A stretch of 64,000 nucleotides of DNA from Lingula anatina (lineage: Eukaryota > Animalia > Brachiopoda), in contig CM120642.1 in the NCBI GenBank assembly GCA_051362555.1, forward strand, positions 3,844,001 to 3,908,000, read 5' to 3'. Within the stretch, counting starts at the first letter, position 1, and every line of letters begins with the position of its first letter. This document shows positions 54,448 through 64,000 of the stretch, in pieces. Below the pieces are notes generated by a model that saw only the letters and a program-made list of their open reading frames with translations, did no database searches and was not told where the DNA came from. The position numbers were made by a program, and so were the translations under genes.

Positions 54448-56399
54448 AACTAGAGGATCAGAGAGGTGATACCGCCTCTGAATATTGTACCACCAGCTGG
54501 AGCAAGCGCATTCGTATAGACCCCCACATACACAAAAGAAGGGACACAGCCACCATGCAAAATTTGCCAAGTTCAGTTCATGGTGATCGATTTCAAGGTC
54601 ACATTTAGATTGCCAGTATCTGACTTCATATTCAAGTTCAATAGTAATTATGGACCTATCTCTGCCAGTTTTGGAGATAAAAGGGAACCAAAATTTGCAA
54701 AGTTCAATTCATGGTGAAAAGTAGGTCAAAGGTCAATTTCAAGGTCACATTTAGATTGCCAGTATATGACTTCCTATTCAAGTTCAATAGTAATTATGGA
54801 CCTATCTCTGCCAGTTTTGGAGATAAAAGGGAACCAAAATTTGCAAAGTTCAATTCATGATAAAAAGTAGGTCAAAGGTCAATTTCAAGGTCACATTTAG
54901 ATTGCCAGTATATGACTTCCTATTCAACTTCAATAGTAACTATGGACCTATCTCTGTCAGGTTTGGAGTTAAAAGAGAAAGAAATTAGCAGAGTTCAGTT
55001 CATGGTGAAAAGTAGGTCAAAGGTCAATTTCAAGGTCACATTTAGATTGCCAGTATATGACTTCCTATTCAACTTCAATAGTAACTATGGACCTATCTCT
55101 GCCAGTTTTGGAGATAAAAGGGAACCAAAATTTGCAAAGTTCAATTCATGATAAAAAGTAGGTCAAAGGTCAATTTCAAGGTCACATTTAGATTGCCAGT
55201 ATATGACTTCCTATTCAACTTCAATAGTAACTATGGACCTATCTCTGCCAGGTTTGGAGTTAAAAGAGAAAGAAATTAGCAGAGTTCAGTTCATGGTGAA
55301 AAGTAGGTCAAAGGTCAATTTCAAGGTCACATTTAGATTGCCAGTATATAACTTCCTATTCAACTTCAATAGTAACTATGGACCTATCTCTGCCAGTTTT
55401 GGAGATATAAGGGACTAAATGTTACAATTTTGGAGTTACCTTAATGTGCCATAAATTTCCTACAGAAAAAATTAATTAAAATAAAGAAAAGGTCATTTTG
55501 GTCGAAATTCTTGAAATGGGAGGTGCTCTGAAGTTCCAGAAGTTCAAATTTGATGAAATAATGTCATTTTTGACAACATGTTGTCTGCTTTGCCAAGCCT
55601 TATGTTTTATTTTTCCAGAGTTCAAAATTTATTATCCATTACCGTACTGCACATTTTGCTTTCACCACCAATATGTACTTTTTGATACAGCGTAGCTCGA
55701 AAACCGTATGGAATACAAAAAAACGGAGACCACTTCCAGTGTTGGGCTTTACATGCTCTACAAAATACAAAAAAGAATGGGTCTCTAGGAATAACGGTTC
55801 CCGAATTAGAGACAGTTTTCAGTTTCGGTATCTTATGGCCGCTACTCCCGTTAAAATGCACCGATTGACCCCAAATTCACGGAGATGAAAGATGACCTGA
55901 AGGGTATCATTTTCCAATAATATTATTGGTTAAGTCTGTGTGGTGTCTGAATAACAGCGCAACTAATTTTTTTTTCGTAAAAAAATTCATTTTTTTGAAA
56001 ATTTTGGCCTGTTTGACCTTGAAATAAAGGTCAAAGGTCAAATCCAAGGGCATATTTGAAATCTACACATATGACTATTGGAAAGCCGTCTGTAGAAATT
56101 TTTCCCATAATTCCTTCCGTAGGGTAGATAATTAGCATTTAATTTTGCTGTTTTTGGACAAGGGTGCATTGCAATGAATGCCACACCTAGACCCCAATAC
56201 TGACAAAGCCAAAATTTTACATGGAACGAGTTGAGATTATAGGTGACCTAAATCCAAGAGATAGGTATGGGGGCCCTTACCGTCTAGGAGGAGAAGCGGT
56301 AACGGTAACATGGCGGCGGAGCCGCAGGAGCCGGCGGAAATGGACCGGACGGGACTAAAACCATGTGTACCGCCAGCGCTAACGCTGGTGGTACAATAA
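54448..56399 (-). mobile_element. Non-autonomous Helentron-type element (HINE), copy 2, about 1.95 kb
   Basis: Same termini as copy 1 (AACTAGAGGATCAGAGAGG.GATACCGCCTC.GAATATTGTACCACCAGC ... TGTACCGCCAGCGCTAACGCTGGTGGTACAATAA) and the same orientation. The unique arm of about 1 kb is highly similar; the array is shorter and there is an internal deletion after GGGACACAGCCACCA. Confidence 0.9.
54556..55414. repeat. Tandem array inside HINE copy 2: about 6 monomers of 145-146 bp
   Basis: The anchor recurs at 54616, 54762, 54908, 55053, 55199 and 55344. Confidence 0.97.
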
Positions 56400-57097
56400 A
56401 TAAAACAATCGGGTTTCCTATTGCCAAGGAGATAGTTAATTTAATCTACAGATCTCTAGATGATCAAGATTACTCCTCTATACCCCCCCCCTCAAAAACT
56501 TTTTTCAATTTTTTAAAAACTAAATTAAACATCCCATTTCTTTCATATCAAAATCCACTGAAGTCCATCTTTTCCACCTCAGCCCATCTCTCCCACTTTA
56601 TCCCATATTTCCCACATTATCCCATATTTTCCTGATTAGTATTATAGACAGCCATGGTTCTGCCATACACGACTACCTGCCACAGCACGGACTGTTCTCT
56701 TTACATCAAATCAATACTAAAGGAGCCCAAATCAGCATGTGTTGGGTATATCCGTTAATCCTCAATTGTCTAGTTTGTAAGAAATATATGCAATGGCAAG
56801 TGAAAGTCCTCCTTTGGGGTAATCCTTCAATGGGTCCAATCAACCGAGCTATTCCCCACGTGCAGGATTAGGACTTCAGTGTTGCACATATTCCCCGTTA
56901 TCTCTTTATTGCTACTTTTGAATTATTTCAATACCCAGGCATGGATACTGTAAGTGATGGAGGGAGAGAAGCCCAAGAAATGAACCGCGATGAAAACCGA
57001 TGACAGTCATTACAGCCATCAGGGACAGCCCCAGATACGGCCTGCAGTTCTACGACTTCCTTGACAGAAATTAACAGGAAAAATTGCTACTGCTGCT

Positions 57098-57356
57098 TTT
57101 TTTGTGCTGTTTTTAATTATTCTTCTACACCTCGAAAATGATAACTTCCATTCAAACTCATCTTTGAATATCACGCAAAGAAACGGAAGAATGAATCCCT
57201 TGAGGGCCACACCTACAGTGTAGAACTTATATCATTGTTTTTTGTGCTGTATTTAAAATTCTTCACCACTATGAAAATAATAACTTCCTTCCAATTTAAT
57301 CATAGCAGATCATGCTAAGCAATGGGAGAAAGAAGCCCCTAAGGGCCAAACCTATA
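57098..57356. repeat. Diverged tandem duplication of about 140 bp (2 copies)
   Basis: TTTTTTGTGCTGT...ATTCTTC...GAAAAT.ATAACTTCC...AGGGCCA.ACCTA occurs at about 57098 and about 57238. Confidence 0.85.
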
Positions 57357-60300
57357 TCTATTTTTGTTCTTACACGTGTGCTAGAAAATGTTAGAGTTTA
57401 ATCTTTGGCTAGTATGACCTTAAAATCTAAAGTTTATTTCCCCGTTTGAGCAGAAATAGAAACCGTAGCAGTACTACATGGGGGAATTAAAAATGGATGC
57501 CTGGTTGAATAAGCTTTGACTTAATTAATATATATACATGTAGCTATAGAACATTTTTAATATTTGCTACAATCTTTCCTCATTGTTCCTAATGTGTTAT
57601 CATCTTATATCTAGTCTAAAAAGATAAAATTTAAGTTTTAGCATACCTGTATTATAAATCTGAATAAATCTGAAAGTAGGGAACATCTTACCGACCTTAC
57701 GGACTACTTAAAAGTAGGCTCACCTGCCTATTTAAATGGAAAGGACATTGCTAACATTCCACACCATTATCAGTGGAACAATTAGTCACAGATTAAGAAT
57801 AAGAAAAGGGAGCATACTTTGCTGAACAGTGTGGACGTGCAGATTCTGTGTGGGGGCACTCGGAGGCAACAATTAGTCCAATTTTTGTTCCCTAAGTGCT
57901 GCCACAAGTGCCATATTAAGTGTAATAACAGATTTATCAACTCCTCACTTAACAAATACTGTGTTAATTACGTAACAGCTAGAGACACTGATAACTTTCA
58001 TTGTCCAGGTGTGGTCACTGCAAAGTGACCTAAAGGCTGACCTCTACATATCTATATACCACTTAAGGAAAATTTCATTGTCCTCCTCTTCAAAGCCAAT
58101 AAACACAGGATTACCACCAGAGTATCTTTAATAAAGCTTGATACTTTGTAATAAGACATTATGTAACCCAAGGTTTATTGAAAATTATTATGATCTGGGA
58201 CTTGTGTCAATAATTAGATCTTCCTCTCTTCGACTTACGACGCCAATATTCCTTGTTTAGAGCATTAGACGGTTTCGTGTGTGGATGTGAAAAATCTCAC
58301 TTGCCTGTCACGTCCCAGAGAGGTCTATTCCCTCTTGTAATAAACACACGTGTCCGTCCTCCATGGTCCTTTTAGTTAAATATACCTTTTGACTTAAGGA
58401 GTCGCTCTACAAGCAATGACACCTGTCATCTTTACAATCAAAGAGCAGAGCAAATAGTGGAGATGCAGAGCACATTAAGCATGCCACTGTATCTCAACTT
58501 GAATTATTAATTAACACAGCACTCACTCCATGATTAAAATTTATTGTAATTTTGTCAATTATAGTAACTCATCAATGTACTTCAGTAAAAAAAACATCAT
58601 TAAAAAATTAGGAAATCAGGAAATGAAAATTAAAAATTTAGCACCTTGTGTATGTGTATGTGTACAATGCTAGCTTGATTCAAGGATCTAAACAAGTAAT
58701 TTTTAAAACTCATTTCATTCTCACTCTCATAACCATGCCCGACACTGTTCACCAGATCATTGCAAATATGTGAAAAAGTCATTTACTACACAAAGTAGAT
58801 GCTTCTTTTCACTATAAACAGACACGGAGGCAGCATTTAACCACCTACGTTGACAGAGAATAAAAGCCTTAAGAAGACCGACGTCTCCCATTTCACGAGG
58901 CATATTGTTCCATCAATATCACATGTTACTAATACCCCTTAACTTAAAAGAAAAACTGGCTATTACCCTTGACTAACCTTCACTTTACAATTTAAAGATT
59001 ACAAGATTGATTGGCTACTTACAGTGATAAAAATCTATCTCACCTATTTTACTAGTCCCTGGTGTAGTAAACACAATTTCTCACGGCTAAGAATGACAGA
59101 TAAAAGAGAGCAGTAGCTGACTTTGTAGTATACCTTATGCAACGCTCTCTTACCGAAGCCCATTGCTGGCAGTAATAAATCATTACCTTTGTCAATTAAA
59201 GAGCTTACCTGTTCCTGGCTGCTCAATGACATGAAAAGCATCAGAACCCCGTCACTCTTTTTCAGCAGAGTGACAGGTGAAACCTCAAGCCTTAGATCAA
59301 CCCAAATCAGACTAAGTTTCCTGTCTACGATCCCCTCTAACCCCAAATCAATGATACCTGTCCGGCAATCAACTATTCATTGATTGCTGGGATGTTTATA
59401 AAGGCACTCTATTACACAGACCCAAGCCTCATGGCTCGGGAAGGTATTTGGAATTGGGCAGAGTCAATATTTGACCTGCCCTATCACCTGGTGAGACAGA
59501 ACAACACCAACAAATGGAGAACATTTTTGGAATATACCCAGTCGATTGGTGACTAGTTAGAAAGTATTGATGAGCCTTCTATGGTTAAATGGGCAAGCAA
59601 GCCCTCCAGGGTCTACGCCAGTTGATTGTTGGTGTAACTCTCTAAACACGGACTGAAACCAATTTCACAGCGACAAATACGCGGGATAAAAGAGCTGATG
59701 TAATCATTTAACTGGTGTTGGGCAGAGAGAATTGTGTGAAAACAAGAAAATTGGTTTCATTAATGTATGGTTTATCAGGTTACTGCTGTGGTCACAACAG
59801 TGTCATTGGACATATAGAGAAAAAGGTTTAAGATTAAGATGACTACAGAATTTAACACTTAAATTTAACAGGGATATAATGCTCACTTAGTGGACTCAGG
59901 AAGTTGAAGTAAATGTGGTTTGTTAAAAGGCAACAGTCTGAACACTAAAATACTTCACAAACATACAATGAATACGCGTGGAAATACGTTTATAAAAGGT
60001 GTTTAGTTAAGACAATCTTGTAGAATCTTACCTTATAGAAGGCAGGAGAAAAAAAAAAACAGCCTAAACCCTGACTTCAAACTTTTAACTACCTTTTTTT
60101 TCTCCTAACATGAGTAATTGAAATTAATTAAGCAGAAATACATGTATGTAGGACAAGCTTTATGAATGATTAATTAGAGTTTGGTTAAATTCATATTACC
60201 AAGCCAAGGAGTTGATGGATCCTGTCAAATTCTTTAAGTTGCCCACAAATTCTAAATACATCAGAGATGCTGTCCGCCCACATTCTCCCAGCCAAAATTA

Positions 60301-61918
60301 CCAATGTCAGAGTACGACTTCATGGAGCCACATCAATTTACCTTAGCTCAATAAAAATGTGCTTGTTTTGTATTCATTTTCAGGAGCAAAATCTGAAAAA
60401 AAAATCAATTTGCGAGCGTGGTTCACTGACAACAGCCCCTGGAGCAAGCCAGGAGCAGAGGAGGCCTTGGGTGGCAGCTGAGAGAGAAGAGATATTAATG
60501 TCTAAACTGATAAGTTCACATTTGAGAAGATGTTCTCACATCCCATTAATGTCGTACATGCTCAAATACTTCGTAATTAGCTGCCAGATACTTAATTAAC
60601 ACTGGCTACATGTTACCTGAAAATATGCAGTAAACAACTACTGGTTTGTTGCCATTTTTTTTCTAATTTAGACTGGTTTATTTTTTAATCTATCTTGTAG
60701 TAAATCATTATCTACTGCCTTTAAAACATTTTTTAATCAAAGTCCTATTATGTTGTTCATTATTGCCTTTTTATCTTTAATATCATGTGTCATAAATTCT
60801 ATCCCCATATTCTTGTATAAAAAGATCAGGCACCCATCCTAATGAATCTATAAAACAACAACTTTCAACAAACTATGGAAGACTGAATTCCAATCTATTT
60901 TCCGCACAACACAAACATCATGACAAAAATAATAATAACGATTGTAAGATTAATGAAATAATAAGTGGCATCCAAATACTGGATACAAAAAAGCTGGGAT
61001 CTAATACTGCATTCACAAAAAGAAGACAGATACAAGAGCAGGGCCCCAGGAGCAGACGACACTCGCAACCCAATGAGACAACAAAAGCAGAAGATTCTAA
61101 TTACTTCCTACGTAACCCATCATCCCCTCTGGGAAACCCTATTTCTTCCTTAATCAAAGTCTTCTATGAAAAGTTAAACAGTGCAGCAAGTTTTCCCTTA
61201 GAGTCTTCCATTTTCACACCCTGATCCACATGCACGTCTTTGTCCCCACAGCAAATTAACCACTGTTCATTGGTGCTTTTATCTGCCTTTTTTTGCTAGT
61301 CATTAAGGCTTAGTCTGGCGACTGTCCGCTAGCACAATTAGTAAGGGAATTAAGGCAGCATACTGGTGAATAGGGGATTATAACAACCAAGATTCTGATT
61401 GGAAAAAAGAATTCCCTTTTAGTGGAAGATTAACAAACATGGGGTTAAATGCATATTGAAAAAAGTTCAGTTTTGGAGAGCAATTGTATATATTTTGATA
61501 CTAAGCAGGGGAAAATTCTCTAGTTGTTTAATTTTTTACACCTATTCTCCTATAAAAGCTGAAATAATTGAGAAAAATGACTTGAATGACAAATATAATT
61601 CAGTTCTGTGTCACTTTGACAATCTTTATCTATCTATACACTGCTGCTATTCACTGTTGAGTAATTAAAAACAGCTATATCACCCGAAACAAAAACATTT
61701 GTTTAAAATTTGTTCATCTAAAAATAATGCTACTAGAAGGACTTTTCTCCGAGTTAGCTATGACACTAGTACACATTATATCAATTTTGCAATCCCTTAA
61801 TTTATCCAACATCTTCCTTCAGGTTAAAATCTATACACTGCACTAGCAATACTTTGAATGGACTTCAAGTACTTCACATTTCCAATACTCCTGTATAGTG
61901 AGGACTGATAAAACAAAA

Positions 61919-62060
61919 CCATCCAACCTAAAAGCAGCCAGCTATACCATCCAACCTAAAAGCAGCCAGCTATACCATCCAACCTAAAAGCAGCCAGCTA
62001 TACCATCCAACCTAAAAGCAGCCAGCTATACCATCCAACCTAAGAGCAGCCAGCTATACC
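61919..62060. repeat. Minisatellite, 28-bp unit x5
   Basis: CCATCCAACCTAAAAGCAGCCAGCTATA at 61919, 61947, 61975, 62003 and 62031; the last copy has one substitution. Confidence 0.97.
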
Positions 62061-62929
62061 TCGTTTTCATCCATTACAAAAACATTGGCTAAATTTCTCA
62101 TAGTGCTAATACAGACTGGTCACCTTAATTAATAGACTGGTAAATTGCTGACCATTTTTTTTTTTTTTTTGCAACCTGTGATTCAAAATGCCAAAATAGA
62201 AAACTCTTTATGCATCATTGTTATTTTGTTTCTATTGTTTCCTTATCAAAAATGTAATACTTGCATTTTATTTGTATTTTTTTCTCACAAAGATTCCAAT
62301 CAATTTAACCCATTGTCTGAGGAATAAAGTCACTGCATTTTTATTTTTTCAATGATACCCTAGAATCTGTTTTTACATCTGTGAACATGTATATGATAAC
62401 ATCATAACAGGAAGATGAATTCTCGGAACACATTCAACAGATATATTCATTTTAGAAACGTAATTCAAAAGTTGCATGACTTGCATGATACAATTAAAAA
62501 ATACGTGACTAGTGTTTCTCATTTATAATTTATAACTTATTCTGTGAGAGAACAGAGTTTGGAATTTTTTCTATACCCACATCACCCATGGTATGTTTTT
62601 TTCATTTCCCAAAGGCCCAGTTACATGTTGTCCATTAATCTAACACTATTACAGATATTTATGTACACACGTATTGTTCATATATATACAGGAGCATACA
62701 CGCAAATACAGACAGGAATATGAACAGACAGACACTGATAGATTTAGGTTCTCCCTAAGGAAGGGGAAGGATCTTTGTCTCCAGGAAATAATAATATACA
62801 AAGTGAAGGGATTCAAATTTCTTGGTTTTATCTTTTTGCTTTCATTACATGTAAATACATTTTCATTGAGAGAGAAGGGGTACAGTTGAAACCATTGGTC
62901 AAGCCCCCTTCTCCCAATCTGTCATTAAA

Positions 62930-63193
62930 ACACACATACAAACACATGCGCATCCACACCCACAAGCACATGCACACACCCACATACACACACGCATGCA
63001 CACACACCCACATACACACACACATGCACACACACCCACATACACACACGCATGCACACACCCACATACACACACGCATGCACACACACCCACATACACA
63101 CACGCATGCACACACCCACATACACACACGCATGCACACACACCCACATACACACACGCATGCACACACCCACATACACACACGCAAGCACAC
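62930..63193. repeat. CA-rich minisatellite (26/28-bp units derived from a CA microsatellite)
   Basis: Repeated CACACCCACATACACACACGCATGCA(CA); this explains the His/Thr and Cys/Val ORFs here. Confidence 0.95.
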
Positions 63194-63806
63194 AGGTATA
63201 CCATTGCCCAGTCAGATTAGATCTCTCAGGCTAAGAATACATCGATTTTCCTCGCCAGTCACCTAAGATGTTTACCAAAGCCTGGTGTCGAGGTTTCCCT
63301 TCACCTGCCACGCCATTAGCTGGTTTCCTGAGGTAAGTTGACAGGAAAAATATCTGCTTACAGACACCACTTGCTTCATGGACTGCAGTCACTCTCCAAA
63401 TAACAGAAATGACAGATTTTTTTGAAATTTGAAAAAAGGCCAACATACATACTGGTCCTAGGCAAAAAAGGGATTGAGATCCCAAAAAGAATTTAGGTAA
63501 CCAAGACCCTAAAGAGGAAATGACCCCCCCCCAAAAAAAAAAAAAAAAAGTGACAAATTCCTGAGACCCTAGGGTAGGGACAGAGCAGAGGAGGAGGGTG
63601 ACCCAGACGCTAGGAAGGTGAATGAGACCACATCTAAAAGATAAAATTAATAGAACCCCAGGGAGAAAGTGATAGTCCCTGGGGAGAAGGCATCAGAGAC
63701 CTAAGGGAGAAAGTGATCATGGTCCCAACAAGAGTGAGATGAACCCCAGGTGACCCAGGCCTTTAAAACAAACTGACATTCTACTAAGAAGAGAAGATGA
63801 CAAACG

Positions 63807-63928
63807 CCAGGGAGAGGGAGTCAAGGACCCAAGGGAGATGTAGTCAGGGACCCCAGGGAGAGGGAGTCAAGGACCTAAGGGAGATGTAGTCAGGGACCCC
63901 AGGGAGAGGGAGTCAAGGACCCAAGGGA
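63807..63928. repeat. Purine-rich minisatellite, 46-bp unit x2.6 (two 23-bp subunits)
   Basis: CCAGGGAGAGGGAGTCAAGGACC(C/T)AAGGGAGATGTAGTCAGGGACC at 63807, 63853 and 63899; looser GACCC.AGGG units extend back to about 63475. Confidence 0.9.
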
Positions 63929-64000
63929 AAAGGTGACTGAGAACAATTTCAAAACTAAGTTCCCTAGAGAGTGGTTGACAGATACTGTATCTTGTAGAGA

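Larger units (their letters stand above)
1991..64000 (-). other. Long intronic and/or upstream non-coding region of the DDR-like gene
   Basis: The exon at 1885-1990 begins with a splice acceptor, so upstream exons must lie at higher coordinates. No other recognisable host coding sequence was seen; the region holds TEs and simple repeats. Confidence 0.65.

Noticed and set aside
45849-55888. Paired similar ORFs (45849/55498, 46024/55673, 43788/54337, 54912/55203)
   Set aside because: The similarity comes from the duplicated non-coding HINE and its tandem array; there are no Rep/helicase or other protein motifs.
62775-63266. Long His/Thr-rich and Cys/Val-rich ORFs (also at 18866-19093 and 21964-22232)
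   Set aside because: These are translation artefacts of CA/TG micro- and minisatellites.

Overview
This is AT-rich, CpG-poor animal genomic DNA, most likely from an invertebrate. It is not prokaryotic, so most ORFs in the supplied track are spurious. The only host protein-coding sequence I can support is one 106-bp minus-strand exon (1885-1990) encoding the start of a discoidin (F5/8 type C) domain, best read as a discoidin domain receptor (DDR). Everything from 1991 to 64000 therefore looks like intronic or upstream sequence of that gene. It contains a 5'-truncated RTE-X-like LINE, two copies of a non-autonomous Helentron-type element (HINE), several intact or decayed MITEs of different superfamilies, minisatellites and microsatellites. 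Both HINE copies carry arrays of a 145-146-bp monomer rich in AGGTCA nuclear-receptor half-sites. I see no convincing new protein-coding system. The most interesting signals are the HINE-borne DR1/RORE arrays with incipient higher-order structure, a candidate non-coding DDR exon about 52 kb upstream, and a nearly fully palindromic MITE.
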